NCBI RefSeq assembly: GCF_035594765.1
Contig: NC_085842.1
Location: 231,023,747 to 231,087,746, forward strand
Source: Anolis carolinensis
Taxonomy: Eukaryota
Direction of reading: 5' to 3'
DNA length: 64,000 bases
Part shown: positions 27,030-40,505 of the stretch, one piece after another
Position numbering within the stretch: position 1 is the first letter of the stretch
Layout of the letters: each line of letters starts with the position of its first letter
The notes under the pieces: model-generated
The model's input: only the letters and a program-made list of their open reading frames with translations
Told to the model about the DNA's origin: nothing
The model's database searches: none
Position numbers and translations under genes: made by a program

Positions 27030-27868
27030 CACCAACATTGGGTTTCCTTGGAGGATTTGTCTTTGCTTTCCTCAAGGGCTGGGAGAGCATGATTTGCCCA
27101 AGTTCACCCAGTTAGAGTAGGTCCCAGTGTGTGTTTCATTTGTCTCATTTGCGCTTTTGTACCGTACCGTTCATTCATATTGCATGATATGACAGACCCC
27201 ACTCCACACGGATAAAGCAGTGAAACGAAAGTGAAAGCAGCACAAAACCATTTGCTGTGCTGCTGTTCCTTCCTCTGCCTGCTGTGTTTGTTGCCCTTTG
27301 CCATCCTCAGTGCCTGCCTTGCAGCCTGCTTATTCTTGAACCTCAGGTCTCCTCTGCAGGCAGATCAAGAGGGAGATCTCTCAGAATCATTACTATCTTA
27401 AGCACTTAGGTTAAAGGGCGGGACCCATGGGGAAAGAGAGAATGTTTTAAAGGAGATTTTATTTATAGAAAGAAAAAAAATCCCTAAAATGCAGGGGATG
27501 GCCCAAACTTTGTAAGAGTTGGAGGACTAAAAGTGGTAGATATGTCCTCCATGTGTGTTGATTTCGCCTCTCTAGCCTTAAAACTGAGCAGAAGGGGATC
27601 CTGGGTAGCCTGTTGATTGCTGCTAGTGGGACAAATGCATTTGTATATTTGGATGGTGAAACGAAAGAACTTGTTCGGATGGGCGCTGGTTTTGGAAGCG
27701 GCAGACGGACACAGAAACGGGGCTATACGAGTGGAACAAACAGAAATGGGTAGCGATTTTATACAAATACACAAGACTACACCCAGTGAGTTTCAATGGT
27801 TGTGTAGGGCTACATTCTCTGATTTCGAGTTACAGTCCAGTACTCAACCCACTATATCACATTGGCTT
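27030..27868 (-). mobile_element. Old tRNA/CORE-like SINE split by the 27113-27779 insertion
   Basis: gatttgcccaagttcacccagt...gagtttc...ccactatatcacattggct rejoins once the insert is removed. Confidence 0.55.
27113..27779. mobile_element. Probable hAT-type insertion (TAG...CTA) inside an old SINE
   Basis: Perfect 8-bp TSD cacccagt (27105-12, 27780-87); the TIR is degenerate beyond 3 bp. Confidence 0.65.
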
Positions 27869-30800
27869 AGTTAATACACTTTTTCATTGCCTTATGTGAC
27901 TGTCTCTCCAATTAGTTTGGTGCTAATATATTTGAAGTAGGAGTTTTGTGTGGTTTCTGGGCTCTATGGCTATGTATGGTAACCGTACAACACCCCAGTG
28001 ATTCTGGTCAGTAAAACCTTCAACAATATTTGAAGTATTTTGTATTTTTGATGCAAATGTTTTTAACAGCATGATTCTCAAATTCTTTTTTAAAAACTCG
28101 TCTGTTTCCACTTTTTTTTGGCTAATGTTTCTGTTCTTCTGGAATTTCTATAGGAAGCCTCTTTTTTTTGCTTCTAAGTAGCTTCTTTAGTTTATTTTAC
28201 TCATGAATCAACTGGCATCTTCTTTTCTGATTTACAATATATCGTACAGTCTTGAAGTTTTTTTCAAGTTCCTTTAAATGAACTTTTATTCATTTTTGAT
28301 ATTATTTTAAAATAATTTTCCTCTTTTGAAATGAAATATGATTTATGAATATGACTTTCCTGGTGATTTTGCCATTACATGTATGTTCTACATTTGCGTA
28401 TATGCACTATGGTTAACGTTCCAGACAAAGCCTTTAATATTTCTATTGCATTTTGACTAGGTCTTGCTTGGTTTCTATAGCTGGTTTTGCAAAGTGATTT
28501 TTTTAAACAAAGGAAAATGAACTTCTCCACTAGATTCAAGTTTGTACTTCATTTAAAAAACTTTCCCATCCTAAACATTGTACATGATTGGTGGCAAATC
28601 ACATTAATATTAATAGGGCATCAAAATATCCACCTTCAATCAAGAAAATGTTGACAGCTCTTCAAGGAATAATTGGCTTATTTTTTTAAAAAAAAATACT
28701 ATGGTATTAGCTAGAGGAAAAGTGAAAAAAAAATTCTAATTGGCTTTTTTTGTTTTTCTTAACTAAAATAAGCAAGTATAGTTGTTTTTTGGTTCTCCAA
28801 AATGTAATTATATCCTGCCAGGAATTAAATGGTGACATAATTTTTTGTACTTAATCTGTTATCTTTTAATTAAAATATGTAGGAAATATCTAGGGTATTT
28901 TGTTCAGCTTGCATCCTCATAGCATTTGTACGATGTTCTTTTTTAGCTCACTCTTTATTAAACACTCAGCACATTTATGCTTTTCAATTTAGGCAAAAAC
29001 AGAGTTCCATATGATTTTTAAGAAGCATTTTCCAGCTCAATCATTTGATACTTTCTAACCTGTCAGTTTTGTTTCTTTCTTACATTTTAAAGCTGCATCA
29101 CACATGGTTACACAGATGCATTTTCAAAATGTTTTTAAGTAGTGATCTGTCCAGTCATTTGAAATGCATAAGTAGTAGAAGAATTGGGAATGTTCGGGGT
29201 CACACCCATTCCTTTTCCAAAGCCAAGTTGATATCTGTTATTGAAAGAAATGTCCTTTGGCATTGGACTGCAGGAGAGAGAGGTGGGCAGGGCTGCGTGT
29301 GTGATTACTGAATGCTAATATCCTAATACACATTAGTCGACAAATTTCAGTCAAAAAGTTAGCCCAACATATCTGGGTCAGTTTTTTTCAGGAGTCAGTA
29401 AGTACTGTACCTTAACTCTTATCAAAAAGGGAACCATCTCTTTCTCTGATTAGAGGTGAAAGACAAGAGCTTTGGTCTGTTTCGGGAGAACCTAAAAGAA
29501 GCACTCTCTCTGTCATGGTGTTGCTTCTGGCCTTTTTGAATGTCTGGGCAGGAAAATAGCGGCAGTGGCCAAGGGTGGCTGGCTCCCTAAGGTAGCATTA
29601 GTACTCTCCTATCTCTGCAGAACAACCCTCAACTTATCCATTGGTCATATTAAAATCCATAATTTTGGAACCAAAATCTTCCCTTAACTTAAACCGTAAG
29701 GTCAATTTCTTATACATGATTATATCTGGTAAGTAAAGGAATCTAGATTTATTCCTGCAGAAAAGTACCTTCCATCGAAAATTCTTCTTAGTTGTGGCAA
29801 TTCATTGTTTATAAAATATAATCCTTCAAAAAACTGAAAACATGTATTGGGTTTTCCAAGGAACCACCTGGAAGGCTTTCCTTGTCTTAATCTGAGTTGT
29901 ACTACAAGTAGTCAAAGTACCTATTCTTCCAAGGCCCGTGATCTTTCTTAATCTTCCTACCTGAGTTCATTTACTTAAGGATATCAGAGAATATGCAATT
30001 AACAGTGACTCCTTCTCTAACAAGATGCCTCTAGATTGAGCTGTCTTGCTTGCCCCTCAGTTACACCTATCAAACAACATTCTTGTCACAATTACAGCCT
30101 CCTAACTTCTCCATTTTTCAAAGCGGCTATAAAGATATTGTGACCCTTGGTATCCAGTGGGGATTGACTCCAGTACCCCCAAAAGATGTCAACATCTGTG
30201 GATATTAAAGTCATATATGAAAAGTGAGACTTGAATTTTCACTTGGTATCCATTGGGATTGGTTCCAGTGTTCCAGTGTAAGCAAAACTCTATAGATATT
30301 CAAGTCTAATTAGAATGGTGTCCCTTATATAAAATGACAAAATCATGGTTTTTTTGGACTTTTGAAGGGGAATATTTTCAAGCCATGTATGGTTGAATCC
30401 CTGCATACAAAATCCATGGATACAGAGAGCTATAACAACAACAACAACAACAACAACGGCTCACATGGGGACCAAGCCCAGCAATACACAATAAAATACA
30501 ATCACATACATACATTTAAATCATATAAACATAAAATCATAAAACATATAATACATTAAAACGTACTCAAGCAATAGCTACTAGTCTGTTTGTAACTTTA
30601 AGGTTGATTCCTACAAAGCTGAGTGAACCCAGCAGATGCATTTGCAAAACTGTTCACTCAGTATTGCAGTTACTTTTATGAGCTCGTGCGCAGTGCATGC
30701 CGTGATTACTTCTCAGGTGTGTATGAAGGATGAAGAGTTATGTATTATAACAATAAATGGGAACATGCTGAAAGGTTCCTAAGCAGTCGGAATGTAATTT

Positions 30801-31168
30801 TGGCCCATGCTCTACATCAGCAATTCATGAATGATTAGGAGATCTGCATACTGCTATCATGGTCTTATAGCTTTCAGATTTCAGTGAACTTTGGAAAGCA
30901 ATAGGAGCCTTCATCTATTTTGAGACTGCTGCATTAGAATATTGTTTCTGAACCTAATAAGATTAGTAGTTTTGAATTTTTCTGAAGCATTGCATTCTTA
31001 TTTATCTTGAGTAATATCTCCTATATTTTTGCTGCTTTTTTTCTCCAGGAATTGATTTTTAAGCCTGTACAACATCTTGAAATGCTTATAAATATTGATG
31101 CATAATCCTTTTTCAAATAAAATGAATGCTGTCTCCAGGCAGAAGCATACATTTATATGGTAGAAAGT

Positions 31169-31448
31169 AGGAGATCTCGGTGGCCTAGTGGGTTAAAGCC
31201 TTGTGACTTGAAGGTTGGGCTGCTGACTCGAAGGCTGCTAGGTTCGAATCCAACGCGGAGAGAGCGCAGATGAGCTCCCTTTATCAGCTCCAGTTCCATG
31301 CGGGGACATGAGAGAAGCCTCCCACAAGGATGGTAAAAACATTTTTAAAAACACCTGGGCGTCCCCTGGGCAACATCCTTGCAGATGGCCAATTCTCTCA
31401 CACCAGAAGCGACTTGCAGTTTCTCAGGTCGCTCCTGATACGAAAAAA
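31169..31448 (+). mobile_element. tRNA-head SINE with a probable Vingi-type tail
   Basis: B box ggttcgaatcc; A tail; perfect 14-bp TSD atatggtagaaagt (31155-68, 31449-62). Confidence 0.85.
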
Positions 31449-31651
31449 ATATGGTAGAAAGTGAGGAAGTGCATTCTGGGATACCTGTGTACTCTAATAC
31501 ACTATGTATTTGGTTTGCTAGATTGGGGCAGAATCTTAGGTGTGTGCTTATAGGTTAGGTTTAGAAGTTTCAGCCTCCAAATACTAGCAGAGCACTAATC
31601 AACAGTCCAAAGTCAAGCCATTAATTCAACAGAGAGGCAAACAATAGCGGG

Positions 31652-33516
31652 TAGGCTTGAGCAAATTTGTCGTTAGTTCGTTAAATTCATTAAAAATTTG
31701 TTTCGAAAGTACTTTTGAATTGATATTTGAAACATCTGCTCACTGCCTTACAAATATTACGAATTTGAATAAAAAAATACCTTTTCGTTTGTTTCTGATG
31801 TCTTCGGATGTAGCTGTAGCCCCTCTGAGAGGAGAAGCCATGTTGGCATGCCTCTCAGCCAATCAGAGCGGAAGAGAGAGGGAGGGAGAGGCGTGGCCAT
31901 CGATCTGCTAGCATTTTAAAAAAATGTTGCTTCAAAAATCCCCAAAAATCAGTGGATGGGTCAAACATTATGAAACTTGATAGGCAAAGAGTGGTTAATT
32001 TTTGCTTCTATTCTGGCAAATTTCATCATAATAGCTTTCAAAATGCAGGAGAACGAAGCCTCTGAATTTTGACCATTTATAAAAGCATTGGGCTGAAGCA
32101 AACGTTTCTCCAATAGTACTATGCCCACTTTAAAACTACAATTCCCAGGTGTTCCAGGCCCTCTCTCCTCTTAACATTCCCCACCCCCTTTTGTCCTCAC
32201 TTAGAATCATAGAGTCATTGAACAGTAGAGTTGGAAGAGACCTCGTGGGCCATCCAGCCCAACCCCTTCTGCCAGGCAGGAAGACACCATCCAATCCCTC
32301 CCAACAGATGGCCATCCAGCCTCTGCTTAAAAGCCTCCAAAGAAGGAGCCTCCACCACAGCCCGGGGGAGAGAGTTCCACAGCTGAACAGCTCACAGTGA
32401 GGAAGTTCTTCCTAATGTTCAGGTGAAATCTCCTTTCCTGTAGTTTGAAGCCATTGTTCCGTGTCCTAGTCTGCAGGGCAGCAGAAAACAAGCTTGCTCC
32501 CTCCTCTCTATGACTTCCCCTCACATACTTATACACCATGTCTCCTCTCAGCCTTCTTTTCTGCAGGCTAAACATGCCCAGTTCTTCAAGCCGCTCCTCA
32601 TAGGGCTTGTTCTCCAGACCCTAGATCATTTTAGTTGCCCTCCTCTGACCATCTTGACCAAACTTTCATACAGTATGTGAATTCTTGGAAGGTATGAGAA
32701 GTTTAGAGAGAAGGAGGGAGGGAGAGGTTTGAATTTTGGACTCCAATTGTGGCTTGATTCCCCACTCAGCCACCCACTTGGGCAAGTCACACACTCTCAG
32801 CCCAGAAAAGCCAATGAAACAGGAAATAGCACTTTCAAACCAGGAACTGATTTCCTTATTCAGAGGCTGATGGCCATCTGTCAGGAATGATTTGATGGTG
32901 TACTATGATTTCTGTTCCTGGGTGATAAATGTCATTTCCTAATTGGTTCTGTCATAGAAACATGGCAAAATCTATGACACTGCCTGAACTTTGTGCAAGC
33001 GACATGGATGGAACATATTATGGTTTGGTCCACCAATTTAACAAAGTTCAGCCACAAAAACAAAGTTTCTGAAGTAGAACAATGACTTTCACAGTAAAGA
33101 CAACCCAATGAAACAGGAAATAAGACTTTCAAACCAGGAACAGATTTCTGCAATTATTAAAAAATGGTTTATTATAAAAGCTATGAAAATTCGCCAAAAA
33201 TCAGAGGATAAGGGAAACTTTCCAAATTTTGGTGAGCTATCAGTGTTAAATGTGTTCTACCACTGTACCAAGTTTGAAGAAGATAGCTCAAAAATGAGGG
33301 TGGGAGAGTCCTGTAAAGTCTCCCCTCGTGCTGTTTTTTTGCTACTGCGCATGCGCGTCCGCCATTAACGAATTACTTTTGAAACTAACGAATTTTAGTT
33401 AAATTTTGAAAATTTTTGAGGGCAAAATTCGGAAATGACATCAGAAACGAAACGCTAGCGCCCCCTACTTTTGAAACGAGTTTAGAATCAATTTTTTCAT
33501 GGATCGCTCAAGCCTA
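31652..33516. mobile_element. Non-autonomous hAT element (TAGG termini) with a nested CR1 fragment
   Basis: TIR taggcttgagc/gctcaagccta; 8-bp TSD atagcggg/gtagcggg; subterminal ttcg/cgaa repeats. Confidence 0.88.
32202..32650 (-). mobile_element. CR1 LINE 3' fragment
   Basis: ORF2 C-terminus [12 protein letters not shown]...[23 protein letters not shown], plus a CR1-type attcta tail. Confidence 0.92.
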
Positions 33517-35016
33517 GTAGCGGGATAACATAGATAAACCAGGCATCTATTCCAGGTCATAAACCAAATGCCAGAGAGTCTAGGGTGAAAGGTTGAAATT
33601 GGAATCTGCAAGCCAAGGTGAAGTCCAAAGTTCAGGAATACAAGATAGCAAGAGTCTGAGGCTGTAGCTTTTAGAACTGACATTGCAGCCAGCAACAAGG
33701 TGCCATCCATGATCTCCTTAATTTTTATTTGTTTATTTACTTCATTTATATCCTGCTCTTCTCACCCTTCAGGGGACACAGGATTCTTTAAATCCTAGAT
33801 CCACAGATGTTACTTGTTGCTGGCTCGCTTCACAGCTAATCTCAAGGACCTGCGTAGCTGAGACTTCTCTCTTTGCAGGTCCATGAAAGCTGTAACAGTA
33901 AACTCTTCCTTAACCTACTCAGAGGAACTTGTTTGCACTTGTTCTGCAGGCTGAGAAGTAATAGCTTCTTCCATGAATACTACTTCAAAGCTTGGCTGAG
34001 GGAGTTTGCTGGGCTCCAGCTCAGCTTCCTCCAGCATCTCCTCATCTTTCCTTTCCAAACTGTACACAACATTAGGAGTACTTATATTGTCTGCTTTTAT
34101 CCTGTTGAACTTAAAACACAGGATGAATTGAATGGGCAGAGGGGGAACTACTGTTCCTATAATATCCAGTTAGGAAGGAAACATTACAAGTACCCGTATG
34201 GAAGAATGTTGCTGGCTGACACATAAGAAATCTTTGCAGTCGTCCAGTGATAATTTTCTATAAGGTTGCCTGTATTGTTAATGTCCCAAAATGTTACAAG
34301 AATAGAATCTTTAAGAATGGATACCCAAGCTTAATTTTTAGTCTTCTCCTTTCTCTGTCCTTCTTTTCTTGTGTATTATTTCTTTTAGATTGTATTTCCA
34401 GATGGCAGGGGCTGCCTTATTATTACAGATATTTCCAAGCCTTTTGGGGATCTTAAACAGTAGGGCTGAACTTATTTGAATAAAAAGAAATTATGTTACA
34501 AAACTTGTTTTTTAGAAGAATTCGGTACAATTTCTGTCTCTCAATTTTGAGGAACAGAGACAATAAAGATTTATAGAGGCAACTCTTTCCCTTTCCATTT
34601 GTTAAGTGGCAATGTCTGTGTTATGTTCTGGCTGGCAGTGCGGCATTGTGTAAAGTTTACGCCCACCGGCCTGTTTGCACAGTTGGTAGCCATTTTCTCC
34701 GATCACTAGCAGATCACTTAGGAGCAGCATCTTTGTTGGGGAAAATGCAGCAGAGGTCTCTAGAAAGGGATGGAGGGCGGTGGGGGAAGCAGCTTGTCCG
34801 AAATTCCATTATGGACTGTATGTAATCTGGGTTGCTGTCATTCCAAATAATTTCACTTGCCATAACTGAATGTGAAGGTTTGTTACTCTCTCAGAAGTTA
34901 GAGAAGCTAGATTTTTTTCCCCAGACATGGAGTGCCTCAAAAGTGATGGCTTCTCCTTCATAGGAGGCATTTAAGCAGAAGTTTAATTGTCATCTCTCTC
35001 AGGAATGCTTTTTCTA

Positions 35017-35400
35017 TGTACTTATTTATAAGTCTAGTAAATTTAGTAAAAATACCAACCCAAAAAACTTGGGTTGACTAATTCACCAGTTATCAGAAAT
35101 TAACCATTCCCATTTCTGAGTAGAGGGGCGAAAGGCAAGAATTTATTCCATCCTGCCTGGGAGAACTTAAAAGAAATGCTGACCCCCCTCTCCTCTCCCC
35201 TGCAATACTTCTAGCCTTTTTGAAAGCCTAAGCAAGGAAATTGAAGCAGCGCCAGGGGCAACTGCTCCCCTAACCAACATTGGTGTTTTCCCCTGTCTGT
35301 GGAATGACTCTCAACTTACCCACTAATTGTATCAAAATCTTTTTTTTTTGACCTGATGCCTTACACATGAGGTCGACCTATCCATGAGTATATATGGTAT
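35017..35400 (+). mobile_element. Old pogo/Tc2-like MITE; related copies at ~29330-29732, ~41783-42197 (opposite orientation), ~63225-63612
   Basis: Shared blocks cctaaaagaagc, aacttatcca and terminal catgagtatata(t/g)ggta. Confidence 0.55.
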
Positions 35401-35904
35401 GATTCTATGAACTACATCTAATTTTATTATAGAGAATATAGTGATTTCTGTTTTGTTCACCATTAGAGGGAGATAATTTATTACCCAGCATAGCTACAGA
35501 TAGAGCTTATGTTTTTGCTCCAAAATGAACCCTGCACAGGATAATTAATGCATCCTCGCTCACATGCTATTCTTGCAGGGAATACAAATTGCCCACCACC
35601 TCCGAGCACTGAACAAGACCTGTATTTGAAAGCCAGGTACGCAGAACCTTTGCAAATGTTGGCAGCTAACTAGGTCACTGTCCAAATTGTATAATCCTGC
35701 CTGTGCATACATAATCTGAAAACTAAACAGATGACCCATTTTTCTAGCATAGATCAAACTTGGAGGTAATTGCAAGTAGAGGTTTCCTCCTGGCAACCAG
35801 GGGTGGAAAGTCTTAACAATAGCTGCTCCTTCTCTCTCCACCTGCCTTTTCATCCTCAGATAACTTTGTATAATTGCTTGGGAACCTCTGGGCCACCAGA
35901 TATT

Positions 35905-36375
35905 AGAATCATAGAGTTGGAAGAGGCCATAAAGGCCATCTAGTCCAACCTCATTCTGCCATGCAGGAACCCAGAATCAAAGCACCCCTGATGGCCATCC
36001 AGCCTCTGCTTAAAAACCTCCAGAGAAGGAACCTCTATCCAGGGTGAAGCTGCATATTCCACGGCATATTCCACTACTGTCAGGAAGTTCTTCCCAATGT
36101 TTTGGCAGTATCTTTTTCCTATAATGTGAATCCATTGCTCCATGTCCAGAGCAGAAGAAAACAAGCTTGCCCTCCCCTCAATGTGACATCCTTTCAAATA
36201 TGTAACCGGCTCAGCCTTCTTTTTTCCAATCTAAACATACCCAGCTCCTTAAGCTATTCCTCATAAAGCTTGGTTTCCTTTCTGGACACATCCCAGCTTG
36301 TAAATATCCTTCTTGAATTGTGGTGTCCAGAATTGGACACAGTATTCCTGATGAAGTCTAACTAAAGGGAGAGTA
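35905..36375 (-). mobile_element. CR1 LINE 3' fragment, decayed
   Basis: KGCH.E..ASLFS...[13 protein letters not shown], plus CR1 tail. Confidence 0.88.
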
Positions 36376-38894
36376 TTGTTCCATTTGTTCCCAAAACTCA
36401 TGCCAGTAAAGACCAGTCTATCTGAAAGGATAGACATTCCAACAATTCGTGAATGTCTGCTCTATATAAATACGTATTGGAGAGGAAGGATTTTTATCTT
36501 GGGTTTTGGTTTCATATTTGTTCCCAAAGTTGACTTAAGGGTGCAGACACAGCAGAAGTATTTACTTAGTTTTGTAGCTAAATATTTGAACCTTGATTCC
36601 TTGACATCCTGTCCTCAGTGTTTCCGCTGGTTTAAAAGAAGTCACCGAAACCATCAGCTTGTCTTGACTCATCTAGCTGCCTATGTTATTTTTACAGTGC
36701 TCCACTAAACTATCTCCAACTGCGTGTTGGAAGGTGTTTATTTCTGAGTGCTCATAGTAGAAAGTCACCCTGTGGTTGTTTATTTATTTATTTATTTCAA
36801 ATATTTCTATCCCGCCCTTCTCACCCGGAGGGACTCAGGGCGGCGTACAATTGGCAACAATTCGATGCCGATACATCACTAAAAACAACAACACTTGTTG
36901 TCAAGTGATACGGTTTCTCTATCAAATGCAAATACTTCAAAGGAATTGTGTTGTTATTGTTGTTGACTTTATACAATATGACTCCCGTATCCACAGTAAA
37001 TACATTCCCGTACTTTATGTTGTTAGGAAAAAATCACGTATTAATAGTGAATTAATATTGAATGAATGATTTCTGGTGAAAGCACATTGCAGGTCCTCCA
37101 GCATGAGTTTGTGATCAATATCCAGCAGAAACATGCCATAGAGTTATGTTGAAGGACATAGGATATACCTAAAGTGGAATATTTTGCCAGATGCAGGTAG
37201 ACGAAACTGTAGATAGTGGTCCGATGTATCCATGGGTCATATTACGCCTCTCCCCTTCAGAACTCGGACTCAAGAAGGCTTTTGGAATTACACAGGTTTT
37301 TAGAAAGAGCATACAAAATATTGTTCTTAAAATGTAATTCAACTCTTAATACCATTAAAATAATATAAAACACACACACACCTATATAGCAAATAAAAAG
37401 AATTCCTATGTCCCCTACATTATCCAATTTCCATAAGGAACTGAAGACCTTGTGGTGTCGGCAGGTTTTTGAGTAATTATATTGGACTACCGCCGATTTC
37501 TGAGCCTGAATATATTGCACAAGATTTCCCTAGCCTAAAATGATACATTTTAATATATTGGGTTTATGGTTCCCGTCCCCTTGATCTGGTCATGAAAGTG
37601 TGATTTATTGTTATAATTGTATTATTTTACTTTGTTTAATAATGTGTATTATGTTGTTATGTAATGTTTGTGTTGCTTTTATGACTGTAAACTGCCCTGA
37701 GTCCCATCCGGGAGATAGGGCGGTATATAAATAAAGTTTTATATTCTTCTTATTATTATTATAAAATTTAGCACACAAGTGCCAGGTGACTTGTAGGCTG
37801 ATACTTCTAGAAGGAAAAGTATTCCAATGGAAAACTGTTGGCATGTAATTTCTAATGCTGTATTTATTTAGTAACACATTTGCACAGAAGTTTCACCAGA
37901 GAAATCCCCTGGCGCAAGTATGAAATTGACAAGTGGATGTTACATGTTCTTTTAAGTGGAATGAGTCTGTGAATGTCTTAGGTGGAGACATAGTTGGCAC
38001 AGATTTTATGTTCTTTTTTTAATGGCAGACTCTAGCCATCCTAACAAATTTATTCCTTGGGTGTAAACCCAACGTAAATAAAGAAAAAAAACCAGATTGT
38101 GGTTAGAATAAAACACACACACACAGACTTTCTGTATATATTTCAGATTTCAATATTAATGTTAAAAAATATGTAATATGATTTTACATAGGATTTGTGT
38201 TACATCAGAATAGTTAAGACAAATATAATTTAAGTAAAAGAAATATTAAATATTAAAAGGCCAATAAAATAAAATAAGGTGTAAACTCTAATCTAGGAAT
38301 TTGCTGGCTTAAAAACTGGGCCCTAGACATAGAATTTTACCTAGACTATCTAGTTCCCCTTTTGTAGCACCTGATGACAAAATACCGAAAGCTGTCCTAC
38401 TTGAAACTAAGCAAATGAAGAAAGAACTATCAATAGCCAAAATGTTTGAAAGTTTGAACAGTTATTTATATCCTTCCATATTTGAAGAATGTAAAACAAA
38501 TAGGTCCATTCCCTTCATAGCAGGGAACATATACTTAATGCTGTTATCGAAATTTTTTATTTGATGTCCCTAGCAGAATAAAGCATTCATTCACATTGAC
38601 AGTATGATACCTTTTACTCATATAGACCAAAAAAGATGAGTGAGTTCAGAAGAAACTGTCTACATTACAGTTGTAAAAGCACCCCCCCAGCTTTTCTCCC
38701 CTTTCCCCTCTCACCAGAAATTTGGCAATCAAAGACAAAAATTTTCATTTTCTTCTGTTTTTTGTTTTTGTTTTGTATGGCAGATAATATATCTATGAAG
38801 AGGTGTTTATATATTTTATTTCCTGCCTAAATTTATAAGACCTCGGTGAAAAGAAAACTGACAGGTAACAGACTTGTGCTCTTTTATTGTCAAA

Positions 38895-39165
38895 GAGGAG
38901 GGGAGGCAGATCTGTTCTCTGTTGTCCCAGAGGTCTAATAGTTACAGTAAAGTGGATTTCAATTGAGCATTGGAAGAAAATGCATGACAGTAAGAGACAC
39001 TCATCACTTGAATCAATTACCTAGAGAGGTGTTGGAGTCTCCTTCTCTGGACTTGAGAAAAAAAAATGCTGTAGAGCAGCATGCTGGTGATGCTTTAGTT
39101 GGACAGTCTACATCGAGCAGGAGACGGGGCTCAATGATGCCTCTTCCAGCTCTATGATTCCATCA
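38895..39165 (+). mobile_element. Old CR1 3' fragment
   Basis: NQLPREVLESPSLD, plus tail ctctatgattcc. Confidence 0.7.
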
Positions 39166-39987
39166 CTCTCTGATAAGAAGAGCTCTTTGTAAATCAGTAG
39201 ACAGTGCCTGGTCACTCACTGAATTTCCTGGTCTTGTTTTCCTTTCCATTTTAATGGTAATTAAGATGTTATGGCTGCTTGACAATATAGAAAGTTAGAA
39301 ACAAAATTGAGATAAAATAATTTTCTGTTTTACTAATATTTTCTTCTGTTTTCATTTCCCCCCCTATTATCAGTAAAAGTAATAAAACCTAAGTGATGTC
39401 TCACATTTCAGATCTCCTTTTGTAACAAAGTTTTTAAAGAAAGTTTATTTTGTGACTATTGCCAGCCTGTATTGTTTTTTTTAATTGACCAGACATGATT
39501 GTTTTGCACCAAATTATATGGTGTGCATTTTTAAAATTACATTTTATGTTCCTAAGGCAATAAGTTGATTTCCAGTTTTTAAAAGATAACTACTGCCACG
39601 TTCTCCACAAATCTTCTGAAAAAGACTTTTTACTTGTGTAAGAAGCCTCAAAAAGAAATATTCTATGATTTCAGTTTCTCCAGACGATTTTACATTATTA
39701 GTCTCAGTGATACTTAATTAGAATTCATCGGACCTAACCTTCAACCAGTCCAGAAAGACGCTTGTTATATCTGCATAACCAGTAAGACTTTGATCATAGC
39801 ATTTCAATCATCTGAAACGTCAAAGCCCAATTATACCTGTACTGTCTTTGCTGTATGTGCTCTAAGGTTCTTTTTACTTTTGAGACAGAAAGCAAGATCA
39901 TTGCAGACCTTGTAACTTAGAAACAAACTACAGGACTAAAAGTCCATTGTGGATTCCACAACTAAGAGGTCTTCCTAACCTCTTGAT

Positions 39988-40353
39988 CAGGGGTCCCCAA
40001 ACTAAGGCCTGCTTGCCACATGTGGCCCCTTGAAACCATTTATCCGGCCCCCGTGGCGGCGGTGCCCAGTTTGCGCCTTCCAATGCTTTGCTTGTGCTTT
40101 TTATCATATTTTAATTTTTATTTAATTAATTAACTAATTATTAAGGGATGCTTTGGTTGTGCTTTGGGTGCACACAGGCAGAACGGGGTTGGGCTAAATG
40201 GTTCAAGGGGTCACTTCCAACCCAATTTATTATGATTATTAACATTGAGGCTGGGTGGCCATCTGTCAGGGGAACTTTTCTTGTGCTTTTGGTGCACAAA
40301 GGCAGAAGGCAGTTGGACCAAATGGCCCAAGGGGTCTCTTCCAACCCTCATTA

Positions 40354-40420
<67 letters not shown>

Positions 40421-40505
40421 GCTCAGTGGTCAATTATAGTCCGGCCCTCCAAAGGTCTGAGGGACAGTGAAATGGCCCCCTGTTTAAAAAGTTTGGGGAC
40501 CCCTG
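39988..40505 (+). mobile_element. Same hAT MITE, copy 2 (fewer units)
   Basis: TIR caggggtccccaaact/agtttggggacccctg; perfect TSD ctcttgat. Confidence 0.92.

Larger units (their letters stand above)
31541..34071 (-). mobile_element. Older solo LTR-D (31541-31651 plus 33525-34071), split by a hAT element
   Basis: Minus strand TGTTGTG...CACACA; perfect 5-bp TSD ttagg (31536-40, 34072-76). Confidence 0.78.

Noticed and set aside
38364-38400. CTGATGA...CGAAA...GTC hammerhead-like words on the + strand
   Set aside because: No stem II and no stem I adjacent to the core.
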